The position numbers and the translations under genes are program-made. Below are positions 16,271 to 32,290 of a stretch of DNA of 64,000 nucleotides, in pieces. The DNA comes from the human T2T-CHM13v2.0 reference genome, Homo sapiens. Location of the stretch: the NCBI RefSeq assembly GCF_009914755.1, contig NC_060940.1; one strand, given 5' to 3'. The notes below the pieces were generated by a model, which was given only the letters and a program-made list of their open reading frames with translations, made no database searches and was not told the DNA's origin. The number at the start of each line of letters is the position of its first letter. Positions within the stretch are counted from its first letter, which is position 1.

Positions 16271-17081
16271 CATCTCAATCGGACTTTTAAATTGTCCTTC
16301 CCACGCTTTCAGTTCCTGGGAGCTGTTCCTTGTTGTTTGTCTCTTCTGCAGCAGGCTGCCCTGACGCTGCAGCTTTGGCTCTCTGCTCGCGGAGGCCGCT
16401 GGCTCGGGGACCTTTCCCTGCTGTCTGCTGCATCATGTGTCTCCCTGGGTCCTCACTTGGTGTTTGCTTTGGCCACTTCCTGTTGAAAGCTTTCCTGTTG
16501 TGTCTGGTGATCTTTGGCCATCTGTTCACTCCTGCGTGTGAGGCACCACAAGGATGAGAGGCTCTGTGCGAGGCAGGGCCAGAGGGCGTGGGCTGTGCTG
16601 TGTCAGTGGGCAGGGCCTGTGCCCTTCTCTTTGGGATGGTTCAGTCCTGTCTCCTGCGGATGGTTGTGAAGATCTCAGGAAGGCCAGGGTCTCCCTGCCC
16701 TGTGGGAATATTCCCTTTCCCCTGTGGTCTAGCTGACACCTGCCCTGCCTCTGCTCTGAGGTGACCTGGATGGGACTGGTCTCTATACCCACTTCCCCAG
16801 CCTGGAGGGGACTGGGAGCAGAGTGGGCCCCCCCCCCACTTGTGGCCCCTCACAGCCTCTGGGGCCCGGATGTGCCCAGCTGCCAGAGCCAGACTCGTCC
16901 TGGCTCCCATGTGGACCTGGCATCTCAGGAAGCCTCGTGAGCACCTTTGGGTGATGTGCCATGAACTGACTGTACTGCAGCTGAAGGCAGACTCCGCCAG
17001 CACACTCAGTTCTCTGGTGTTCAGCTGCCGCGGACCACGTGCTCATCAGACACTCACTTCCTGGAAATGCTGTGGCCCTTG

Positions 17082-17372
17082 GGCCCTGGCACCTCCACGC
17101 CCCGTCCCGAGGCCCCGTGCCTCTGGGCTCTGAGCGCACGCGTTGTGTGTAGTGGCCCTGGCACCTCCACGCCCCGTCCCGAGTCCCCGTGCCTCTGGGC
17201 TCTGAGCGCACTCGTTGTGTGTAGTGGCCCTGGCACCTCCACGCCCCGTCCCGAGTCCCCGTGCCTCTGGGCTCTGAGCGCACGCGTTGTGTGTAGTGGC
17301 CCTGGCACCTCCACGCCCCGTCCCGAGGCTCCGTGCCTCTGGGCTCTGAGCGCACGCGTTGTGTGTAGTGGC
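17082..17372 (+). repeat. 72-bp CpG-rich tandem repeat, 4 copies
   Basis: GGCCCTGGCACCTCCACGCCCC... at 17082, 17154, 17226, 17298. Confidence 0.93.
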
Positions 17373-17736
17373 TGCAGGTGGAGCAGCTGCATGAACACAG
17401 AGTGCACCAGGAGAAGTTACCTGGCGGGCTCAGGCCCTCTGAGTGCTGCGGTCCACAGGCCACAAGCGGGCAGTGCCTGTGGGTATCAGCTGGGCCTAGG
17501 TGCAGTGGACACTGCTCCGGCCACCCCAGGTGCCTTTAGTGTGGGAGGCGAGGCCATCTGGGGGTGTATTCGCTGCTTCAGAACTGCCTTGACCAGAGCT
17601 CGGGGATGCCCTTCTCGGTGCCCTACTCCCGAGTGGAGGCAGGTTCTCTGGAGGTCCTGAGGCAGCTTCTGGGCATGGGTGGAGCCACTGCACACCCTGC
17701 CTGGAGACAGCTCAGCTCCTCCCTTTGCCTTTCAAG

Positions 17737-17877
17737 AGCAAACGCCCTGGAGGAGCAGCTGAAGGAGCAGGAGCTGAGAGCCTGCGAGATGGTCCTGGAA
17801 GAGACCCGGCGTCAGAAGGAGCTCCTGTGCAAGATGGAGAGGGAGAAGAGCATTGAGATCGAGAACCTGCAGACCAG
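17737..17877 (+). CDS. RAB11FIP3: RAB11FIP3 exon 9 (ANALEEQLKEQELRACEMVLEETRRQKELLCKMEREKSIEIENLQT)
   Basis: CTTTCAAG acceptor, CAG|GTAGGC donor, 141 nt, phase 2-2. Confidence 0.95.
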
Positions 17878-19125
17878 GTAGGCGGTTCCCAACAGCCCAT
17901 CCACCCCAGAACCTGCAGGCCAGGTAGGAGACGGTCCCCAACAGCCCGCCAGCCCCAGAAACTGCAGGCCAGGTAGGCGAGGTTCCCGACAGCCCGCCAA
18001 CCCCAGAACCTGCAGGCCAGGTAGGAGAAGTTCCCCGAAAGTCCGCCAACCCCAGAACCTGCAGGCCAGGTAGGAGAAGTTCCCCGAAAGTCCGCCAACC
18101 CCAGAACCTGCCGGCCAGGTAGGAGAAGTTCCCCGACGGCCCGCCAACCCCAGAACCTGCAGGCCAGGTAGGAGAAGTTCCCCGACGGCCCGCCAACCCC
18201 AGAACCTGCAGGCCAGGTAGGAGAAGTTCCCCGACGGCCCGCCAACCCCAGAACCTGCAGGCCAGGTAGGAGAGGTTCCCGACGGCCCGCCCACCCCAGA
18301 AACTGCAGGCCAGGCAGGAGAGGTTCCCGACAGCCTGCCCACCCCAGAAACTGCAGGCCAGGTAGGAGAGGTTCTTGACAGCCCGCCCACCCCAGAAACT
18401 GCAGGCCAGGCAGGAGAGGTTCCTGACGGCCCGCCCACCCCAGAAACTGCAGGCCAGGTAGGAGAGGTTCCCGACAGCCCGCCAACCCCAGAACCTGCAG
18501 GCCAGGTAGGAGAAGTTCCCCGACAGTCCGCCAACCCCAGAACCTGCCGGCTAGGTAGGAGAAGTTCCCCGACGGCCCGCCAACCCCAGAACCTGCAGGC
18601 CAGGTAGGAGAAGTTCCCCGACGGCCCGCCAACCCCAGAACCTGCAGGCCAGGTAGGAGAAGTTCCCCGACGGCCCGCCAACCCCAGAACCTGCAGGCCA
18701 GGTAGGAGAGGTTCCCGACGGCCCGCCCACCCCAGAAACTGCAGGCCAGGCAGGAGAGGTTCCCGACAGCCCGCCCACCCCAGAAACTGCAGGCCAGGTA
18801 GGAGAGGTTCTTGACAGACCGCCCACCCCAGAAACTGCAGGCCAGGCAGGAGAGGTTCCTGACGGCCCGCCCACCCCAGAAACTGCAGGCCAGGTAGGAG
18901 AGGTTCCTGACGGCCCGCCAACCCCAGAACCTGCAGGCCAGGTAGGAGTAGTTCCCTGATGGCCCGCCCACCCCAGAACCTGCAGGCCAGGTAGGAGAAG
19001 TTCCCCGACGGCCCGCCCACCCCAGAACCTGCAGGCCAGGTAGGAGAGGTTCCTGACAGCCCACCCACCCCAGAAACTGCAGGCCAGGCAGGAGAGGTTC
19101 CGACAGCCCGCCCACCCCAGAACCG
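17863..19125 (+). repeat. 48-49-bp minisatellite (~26 copies) whose unit contains the exon 9 3' end and splice donor
   Basis: Unit GTAGGAGAAGTTCCCCGACGGCCCGCCAACCCCAGAACCTGCAGGCCAG; the first copy overlaps the real exon end. Confidence 0.95.
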
Positions 19126-19155
19126 GCAGTGGCTAGGAATAACCTGAAAGTTTAG

Positions 19156-20672
<1,517 letters not shown>

Positions 20673-22526
20673 TTTTTAAACTGAGCATGTACTACTTTTA
20701 GATTTTGAAATACAGTAGTTTTAAATATTCATAAGAGGATTTCAGGTTCTTTTGCTTGTGTTCCTTCCAGCTCTTAAAGCTAAGATACTTGCCTTATCTA
20801 AGAAGAGCTCCTAGGCATTTTCAAAACTGGTGGCAGGAAGGGGCCTGCACTGAGAGAGCTGTGCGGGACGCCCCACACAGGGAGGCCTCCGTGCCTGCCA
20901 TTGCAGTGGGGCGCCGTCTTCTGGGGAGCAAGGTCAGGGCAGCCAGGACAGTGTTTTCCCCGGGCCTTGGCACAGTGCAGTTGAGTGGGCTCAAAATTAA
21001 AGTACGTTTCTCGTCTGTGAGCGCCAGGGAGCACCTCCCATGGGACCTTTCCGCTGGGGCTGAGGTTGGGGCACAGCCGTGTGGACATCCTGCCGCCTCT
21101 GTGTGCTCTGGTGTGGAGGGGCACAAGATAGGGGTCTCACGAGGCCCTCAGGGAGCAAGCAGGGCCCAGTGTCACTGCCTCTTGTGAGCAAGCCGCCTGC
21201 CCACCCTAAGCGCTTGGGGTCAGTGCCACCGTGTTCTGGGCCTCCTGCAGCTTCCTGGAGTGGCCACCAGGAACCTTGTGGTTCTCAGGGCTGCTCAGGC
21301 CGTCAGAGGCCCCTGCAGCCCCAGGTCAGCAACCTGCGGTCAGCCCAGCACGAGGCCTCTGGCATCTTGGGGACTTCCCCAGCCTGGCCTCTGCCCATCT
21401 GGTGTACAGGAAGACCCTGGTCAGTGCAAAGACACTGTCTCAGTCCGGGGTCCTCAGGAGCAGAGGATCTGGAGGCAGGACTCCCAGCACCTGCGTCGGA
21501 ACCTCCTGGGAACAGCAGGGGCGGGTGGCTATGCAGTTGCAGTGCCTAGAAAACAGCTGGATTTCAGGAGTGGAGCCTCAGTAGAGATGAGAGTTAAAGC
21601 TGAAAGGGCATAGAGAAGATGGAGGAGTGGAGAGGCTGGAGCTTTGGACATCCTTGTTTAGGGACCGGGAAAGGAGAATATGTGTCATCAGCAGAATGGG
21701 GCTGTACGAAGGTCACAGGCAGAGATCTGAATCTCAGGACACAGGGCCCGGGAGAGGTTCTAGGAAAGGCCAGGTACCTCTGGGAGTGGGGCCCCCAGGG
21801 GCTTCCAGAAAGTATGGGAGCCCCTGGCAGGCTGCAGAGAGCTGGAGTGAAGGCTGATGGGGCCACAGTGGCATGTCCACAGAGACCGGGGCCTGATTTG
21901 CAGCTTGTGGCACCTGCCGAACCCCCGGCGTTGGGGTACATGGCCCATCATCAGGCACAGAGTGAACTGGGTGAACGTGGCCCTGGTGTGTGGTGCTTTC
22001 TAGCAGCACGTGAGCCAAGGAAGCCCAGGGAAGCCTTCGCTTGTGCCACGTAGCATAGCTCGTCCTTCCAGAAAATGTGAGTAGACTCCCCTGAGCCTGA
22101 TAATGAAAGGAGAGAAGTCAGAAAGACTGACCCCAGCACTGGGCAGAGCCGAGTGTGTCTGATGGACAGCGAGAGGCTGGGGCAAGGAGGAAAGAAAGAG
22201 GGGTCAGGCCTCGGGAAGGCAGTGCTGCTGTGTGTGAAGCTGTGCGGCTCTTTATTTTCTTCTCTTTGCTTATCTGTAGTTTTGAAATTCAATAGAATTA
22301 AAACATAATTTGCTTTCATAATTATGAACAAAACATGCAAGTGTTACTTTGAAAGGAGAAAATAGCTGTGGGTAGAGCCGTCTGGACTCCAGGGTTAGAG
22401 GCGGAGAGTGGAACTTAGTATGCTCCACTCAGCAAAACAACAGGAAAGGCAGATGGCAAAGGTGCAGCCCAGAAAGCACAGCTGCACACACTCCTAACGC
22501 AAACAACACCCTGCGCCAGCAGCTAC

Positions 22527-22870
22527 ACCGGTGTTTGCATCTCGGAGCAGCCACATGGCTGACACGGACCGGGGTTCGCATCTCGGAGCAGCCACACGGG
22601 CGACACGCACCGGTGTTTGCATCTTGGAGCAGCCACACGGGCGACACGGACCGGTGTTTGCATCTCGGAGCAGCCACACGGCTGACACGGACCGGGGTTC
22701 GCATCTCGGAGCAGCCACACGGGCGACACACACCGGTGTTTGCATCTCGGAGCAGCCACACGGGCGACACGCACCGGTGTTTGCATCTCGGAGCAGCCAC
22801 ACGGCCGACACGTGTTGGGGTTTGCATCTCGGAACAGCCACACGGCCGACACGGACCGGGGTTTGCATCT
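22527..22870 (+). repeat. 41-bp CpG-rich minisatellite, ~8 copies
   Basis: ACCGGTGTTTGCATCTCGGAGCAGCCACACGGGCGACACG at 22527, 22568, 22609... Confidence 0.93.
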
Positions 22871-23369
22871 TGGTACATGAAGGCTCAGAAGTGGGTAGCA
22901 CCAGGAACCGTGGAAGTTGGATAAAGGCGAGGCTCACACAGGAGGGTCCCCACCCACATACAGCTGGATCACACCCATCCCCACCCTAGAGGAGGAATCG
23001 GGACTGCAGGGCGCCAGCACACACCAGAGTGGCACCACCGAGCGCCCGGGTCCTCCTGACGAACACCTGAGGCCAGGGGTCTGACCAGCCCCAGACAAGT
23101 CCTGGGAGCGTGCCTGTCCCGGGCACCCCGTGGCCTCCCCGGCAGTGCAGAGGCCGGCCGGTGCTCTTTGGAAGGGGTTGCATCTGCTTTGCCCCTGGTC
23201 TCAATCATCAGTTTGCAAAGCAAGAGCAAGTCCCCTCCTGGGTAGAGGACACCTTAAGCCCTTCCCGCCCAGCCCTGTGCTGCCCCTGGGTTTCCACTTA
23301 CACCAAATTCTGGGTGTTGGTGCAGGTTGGATTGAATTAGAAGGGACGGCAGGGTAACGGGATGGTGAG

Positions 23370-25840
<2,471 letters not shown>

Positions 25841-26019
25841 TTACGGAAAAGCTGTGCCCTGGAGCACATGGGTGGGCACATAAGGATTGGCCCTGGTCGT
25901 TTGGGGGCGTCTGTTGGTCACAGGGCGGCCCCAGCAGGGTTTCCCTGAGACACAGGGCACACTGGCCCTGTAGAGGCGAGCTTCCTGGAGTGAGTTTCAG
26001 CTTTGTTCTTGTGTCCCAG

Positions 26020-26101
26020 GCTACAGCAACTGGACGAGGAGAACAGTGAACTCCGGTCCTGCACGCCCTGTCTGAAGGCCAACATTGAGCGTCTGGAGGA
26101 G
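26020..26101 (+). CDS. RAB11FIP3: RAB11FIP3 exon 10 (LQQLDEENSELRSCTPCLKANIERLEE)
   Basis: CCCAG acceptor, GAG|GTGAGC donor, 82 nt. Confidence 0.95.
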
Positions 26102-26830
26102 GTGAGCTGCCAACAGCCTGGAGCTGTGGCCAGTGGGGCCAGCCCATGCCCTGCCTGTGGGGCAGCTGAGGTAGCCCTGAGCTCTGTGCTGAGCGGGATA
26201 CTGTGCTGTGTGTGAGGGAACGGGGCCAGCTCAGGGCCCAGGCCGCTGGAAGACACTGGACCGTGCTCCACCCACAGGAGCAGGGCCCAGAGGCTCACTC
26301 CTAGATGGACCCAGGGCTCTGAATCTGGGAATTGTCCTCCAAGGGGAAGGCATCAGCCAGCCACTTATGCCCCAACCACTGCCGACGTGGAGGCAGAGGC
26401 TACACATGGGGCTCCCACACCCCAGCTTGTCACTGCGAGACCTCCCTGCCCCCACCTCACCAGGTGTGCTCTGGGAAGCTCCCAGGAAGGATATTCTCAG
26501 AGCACTTGGGCCCTGACTCCCATGAACCAGAGGAGCCCGGCTGGAGGTGCCCACAGCCACTGAGTCAGGTCCTGTCCACACAAAGGTCCTTCCTGCCCCT
26601 CGTGAGAAACGGCCCTCGTGGCCTGCGTGTGCGCCTCTACCCAGAAGCAGGTGGCCTTGACCTCCACTGAGAGGCAGGAAGGCTCAGACCCAGCCCTGTC
26701 GCGCTCCAAGCACGGGCGCCACCGCGTTGCTGTTGGGAGACTCAGAGATTGGAGGGACAGACGGCCGGGGCAAGCTGCATGCACAGGTAGGTGCGTGACC
26801 CGCATCCAGGGCAGGTGTCCACCCCTGCAG

Positions 26831-26968
26831 GAGAAGCAGAAGCTGTTGGATGAGATAGAGTCGCTGACGCTGCGGCTCAGTGAAGAGCAGGAGAACAAGA
26901 GGAGAATGGGGGACAGGCTGAGTCACGAGAGGCACCAGTTCCAGAGGGACAAGGAGGCCACCCAGGAG
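26831..26968 (+). CDS. RAB11FIP3: RAB11FIP3 exon 11 (EKQKLLDEIE...DKEATQE)
   Basis: CTGCAG acceptor, GAG|GTGAGC donor, 138 nt. Confidence 0.95.
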
Positions 26969-27198
26969 GTGAGCACCCACCCTGCCCCACGCCCAGTCCT
27001 GCGCCCAGCCTGCCCCACGGGGAGCCTTTGTTTCCTGAGACGCTAGCTCTTGGCTGTGCTGCTTTGGGCATAGCCGCTGGTGTGTGTCGTCCTCCCGAGA
27101 GACGGCCAGATCAACCCTGAGGTTCTACAGCCAAGTGATGGCTGACGGTGGCCCCTGGGAGCCCAGGCCCCCCGGCTCACTGCACGGTTGCCCTGCAG

Positions 27199-27354
27199 CT
27201 GATCGAGGACCTCCGAAAGCAGCTGGAGCACCTGCAGCTCCTCAAGCTGGAGGCCGAGCAGCGGCGGGGCCGCAGCAGCAGCATGGGCCTGCAGGAGTAC
27301 CACAGCCGCGCCCGGGAGAGCGAGCTGGAGCAGGAGGTCCGCAGGCTGAAGCAG
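27199..27354 (+). CDS. RAB11FIP3: RAB11FIP3 exon 12 (LIEDLRKQLE...EVRRLKQ)
   Basis: CTGCAG acceptor, CAG|GTGGGC donor, 156 nt. Confidence 0.95.
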
Positions 27355-27535
27355 GTGGGCAGGCCTGGGCCTCCCTCCCTCACACTCCTGCAGAAGCTTC
27401 CACAAGACTGGTTGGGAAGGGGGGGCCGTGGAGGGTCAGCATCTGAGCTGGAGGCCTTTTTCCCCGGGCAGTCCTTGTCCCTGCTCAGCCACCAGCAGGG
27501 GCCACAGCCCAGTAGTGATGTTGCTGTGCCTTCAG

Positions 27536-27676
27536 GACAACCGCAACCTGAAGGAGCAGAACGAGGAGCTGAACGGGCAGATCATTACCCTCAGCATCCA
27601 GGGCGCCAAGAGCCTCTTCTCCACAGCCTTCTCTGAGTCCCTGGCTGCAGAGATCAGCTCCGTCTCCCGAGATGAG
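27536..27676 (+). CDS. RAB11FIP3: RAB11FIP3 exon 13 (DNRNLKEQNEE...SSVSRDE)
   Basis: TTCAG acceptor, GAG|GTAACA donor, 141 nt. Confidence 0.95.
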
Positions 27677-27802
27677 GTAACACATCCCGTGTCTGCACGG
27701 TGTGGCCTGGGGTCCACAGTCTGCACTGTCTGTGCGCTGTGGTTTATGCGCTGTGGCCTGTGGCCCATGCGCCTCAGCTCTGACCACCTGCTTGCCCTAC
27801 AG

Positions 27803-27916
27803 CTCATGGAGGCGATTCAGAAGCAGGAGGAGATCAACTTCCGCCTGCAGGACTACATCGACAGGATCATCGTGGCCATCATGGAGACCAACCCGTCCAT
27901 CCTGGAGGTCAAGTAG
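27803..27916 (+). CDS. RAB11FIP3: RAB11FIP3 exon 14 coding part, C-terminal Rab11-binding domain (LMEAIQKQEEINFRLQDYIDRIIVAIMETNPSILEVK*)
   Basis: FIP RBD signature L-x-x-Y-I-D-x-I/L...P-S-I-L; TAG stop at 27914-27916. Confidence 0.97.
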   Translation, partial: LMEAIQKQEEINFRLQDYIDRIIVAIMETNPSILEVK

Positions 27917-29322
27917 AGGCAGGAAGGTCCAGCCTGAGCTGGATTCGGGACTCCAACACCCTGGAGTGGTTCCGTCAGACCATGAGGAGCCAAGACCAGC
28001 AGGTCCCACAGCCGACAGTGCCCAGAGCATGCAGGGAACCCTCGTGCAGCTGAGCTGGGGCCGCCAAAGACCGGGGCTGCCAAAGGGGCAGAGGGTGGTG
28101 GAGAGGAGAGGGAGAAAGGGAAGTCCCAGGGCCCGGGGTCCACAGAGGATGAGGGTTGTGGCAGGGCCGTCCATCAGCGCTGACCTTCCGGGGGCCCAGA
28201 GCTTCCCAGCCCTGAGTCAAGCTGGCCATGAACGCGTACACTTCAGTTCAGCAGGATGGGCTGGAGAGCCTCTCTGTGCAGCGGTGTGGGGTGAGCCCTG
28301 CTGTGGCCTCCTTGTGGTGGTCCCTCTTCCCACGTGCAGCCCTGTTGGGAAGAAAGGAAGAAAACAGGTCCCTCCAGGGGTGCTGCTGCCTAAGCCACCC
28401 ACATAAGTACGCTGGTGCCGTGTCACCCATGTTGAGCCGCTCCTGATGGCTGACGGGCTCCCAGACCCTCACCTCGGACATGGTGGTGGGGGAAGGACGG
28501 GTGGGCAAGGCTGGTGCGTTCCCCAGCTCTCCCTACGCTGCTCGGGCCATTGCCCAGCCAGATGTGGTCACCTCAGTCCAGCTCTGGGGCCTCCAGGCCA
28601 TGTGGCTGTTCCCACGGCCCAGTCCTCGCTGCAGTAACCCCTGGGGGCTCTGACCACCTATGGGGGCCGGGCAGGAGCCTCTGGGGCCTCCACTCCGACA
28701 TCAGGACCTGAGATGACCGCTGTGTGGCGCTCTCTCCCTGGGCAGGGTGGATGCCACAGGCCCCTCTGGCTCCCAGGTGCTGCTTCTCCACAGGTGCGGC
28801 CTGGCCCGGCCTCCTAAAGGCCACACCCTCCCCACGCACTTCCCAGGCCAGAATCCAAACATCGGGAACCCTGTTTTCTTCTGGGTGTGTCTCACTTAGA
28901 AATCGTGGTTCTTCCCCGAGGGTGCATGTTGCAGGAGGGAGAGGGCAGGGAAGACTCACAGCAGAGCAGGAGGGGGCCTGTGCTTCTCGGGGTCTGCACC
29001 CCAGGCACAGCGGTGTCACCCCGCAGGACCGCGGGCCTGCCCCAACCCCCAGCATTCCCGGGTGGGCCCAGACCCCATCACCAAGACTGGCCACCCGCTG
29101 CGTGTGTGTGCGCGCGCGTGTACGTGTGGCCCCACATCCGCCGCCTTCCACGCTAGGATGTAAGAGGTCGCCTCCTATTGTACATTTGGGGAAAGCCTTG
29201 GGTGTAAATCAGTGTAAACTTGGAGGAGAGATTTTTCTATCATGTAGAGTAGGTATTTTTTATAGATTGAAGGTTGATCAATTTTTTAATACTTTCAAGA
29301 GAAAACTGTGTATACACATGAA

Positions 29323-29350
<28 letters not shown>
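29323..29350 (+). repeat. (AT)14 microsatellite in the 3' UTR
   Basis: Direct reading. Confidence 0.95.
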
Positions 29351-29354
<4 letters not shown>

Positions 29355-29538
29355 AATATATAAAGACTGGCACCCTGCCTCTCTGTGCCCAGGCCCAGCC
29401 CTGGTGACATGGCACCACTCAGCAGTGCTGTCACTGTAAGCATGGACTCCCAGGAGACAGTGTGGGAAACGCTCCTGCTTTAATTCCCCGAGAAACGGCT
29501 CTTCCTGCCTGGATGCAGGAGGGCAGGGGCCACCACAG

Positions 29539-29544
29539 ATTAAA
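29539..29544 (+). terminator. Polyadenylation signal ATTAAA (RAB11FIP3)
   Basis: Common PAS variant followed by CA dinucleotides about 11-18 nt downstream. Confidence 0.75.
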
Positions 29545-29950
29545 GCTGTTACTGCACACGCAGAGGCCGGCTTCTTCCTCCAGGGGGGCCACAGGGTGGG
29601 GTGGGAGTCTTCTGGGCCTGGCCCAGCTTCCCTCAAGGCGTCCGAGGCCATCAGTTGTCTGAGCTCAGAACCCAGCAGACCTGCCTGGCTCTGCAGCTTG
29701 GTCAGACTAAGACCCTTCCAAGGCCGTAGGATTGCACCTCCAGGCCCAGTGGAGCCTGGCAGCTTTCCAGCCAGGTTCTGGATCCTGACGAGCTGCTGAG
29801 ACAGCATCAAGGTGGGGCAGGTGGGGCGGGGCAAATTGGGCAGCACAGGGCTGTGTGGGCATCAGGGCTCTGGGTCACACGCCTCTGGGGACGTACGTCC
29901 CATGTCGGGAGAGCCGTCAAAACGTCCCCGGGATTAAGAGAAGAGTGGGG

Positions 29951-30240
<290 letters not shown>

Positions 30241-30795
30241 AGGGCAGTGATGTGCAGGGTGGTGGGAGGACATCCCCCAGAAGAGGGGGCAGACACAGTA
30301 CCAGCACCACAGGCACGGGAAGGTGAGGAGGCAGGTCCCGACGGAAGTGGGCTCCCGAGGTCATGGGCAGCCAGGGAGTCTGAGAGAGCTCAGTGCCACT
30401 GCAGCCACAAAGAATGGCCTGCGGGGAGTGGTCCCATCTGATCAAGAGTCCCCCAAAAACACAAGCCTTGAAAACTGGACCACCTGGTCCAGCATCCAGG
30501 AAGCGGACTGTGCATCTGCGGCTCTCGCTCTCCCGCCCCCCGCGCGAGATGCCCGCCTGCCTGTCACTCTCAGATGCAGATGGAGATGGAGAAACCAAGG
30601 CCCAGGGAAGCTGAGGACCCAGGTCTGCCAGTCCCCTCAGCCCAGCTGCTGCTTGCGGGCTGGTGACCAGAAGAGGACCAGGCGTGGCCTACAGTGAGGA
30701 GTCCTTGAACCCTCAGTGCAGGTGCAGCAGAATGGTTCCAGGTCACAGGGCCCAAGAACCCTGATTGCTTCATGAGTTAGAACTGAGGAGTGACA

Positions 30796-31316
<521 letters not shown>

Positions 31317-31774
31317 CTAGGAGCACCTCAGTTTCCACGCTAGATTTTAAACATGGGGCTGTCCACAGTCCAGCTGGCCCCACCTCGATGACCCACTGGG
31401 GTCTCCAGCCCAAAGGAGTTTGAGACAGGAGGACACAGGATGAAATGGAAACATTCCCGGAAGGGCTGCCAGAGACCTTGTGGGTGAGCGAGAGCAGGGT
31501 GGGGTGGCCGGTGTGCATGCCTGGTGGACGTGCCCAGAAGCCTGCACCCCCCAGGAGGCCCGAACGTGTCCCTCTGGAGTGTCGCCCCCACCCCCAGCTG
31601 TGCAGTGGGATGGTCACTGGGCCTGCCAAGTCTCCCAAGGCAGATCCTGTCCCCAGCTGGCTCCTGACATTGAATGTTCTGAGTCTTGGTCAGTTCTGCC
31701 CGATGGAAGAGCACCAAGGAGTCTTGCCCGGCAGGATAGAGAGGAGCGGCTCTGCCCCTGCCCTGGAACAAGAG

Positions 31775-31973
31775 CCCCGGACGTGGGTGCAGAGCCCCTC
31801 ACATGAGGACCGCCCCATCCTGCCTCTGCTGAAGGGCAGGTATAGGAAGGCTGGACCCCCTCAGCGGCCCCCCGGATGTGGGTGCAGAGCCCCTCACATG
31901 AGGACCGCCCCAGCCTGCCTCTGCTGAAGGGCAGGTATAGGAAGTCTGGACCCCCTCAGCGGCCCCCCGGATG
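31775..31973 (+). repeat. 95-bp tandem duplication
   Basis: CGGA(C/T)GTGGGTGCAGAGCCCCTCACATGAGG at 31778 and 31873. Confidence 0.9.
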
Positions 31974-32090
31974 GCACCCTGGCCCCTCTACCTGCTGGCA
32001 GTCCAGTAACCTGGAGGTGGTGGCCCAGAGAAAGGCGGGAACTTCTCCCAGGGCCCCGTCCATTGTTATTTTCACCTGTCCGGCCGCCCA

Positions 32091-32290
32091 TTCTTTTTTT
32101 GAGACGGACTCAGTCACCCAGGCTGGAGCGCCATGTGCCATCCCAGCTCACTGCAGCCTCAACCTCCCGGGCTCAAGTGATGCTCCTGCCTCTGCCTCCC
32201 AAGTAGCAGGGACCACAAGCACACACCACCACACCCTAATTATCTTTTAAGTGGAGACAGGTTTCGCTTTGTGTGTTGCCCAGGCTGGTG
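32091..32290 (-). mobile_element. Degenerate AluJ fragment
   Basis: CACCCAGGCTGGAG...GCTCACTGCAGCCTCAACCTCCCGGGCTCAAG. Confidence 0.75.

Larger units (their letters stand above)
27917..29560 (+). other. RAB11FIP3: RAB11FIP3 3' UTR
   Basis: Follows the stop codon; AU-rich block at 29150-29365; ATTAAA at 29539. Confidence 0.8.
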
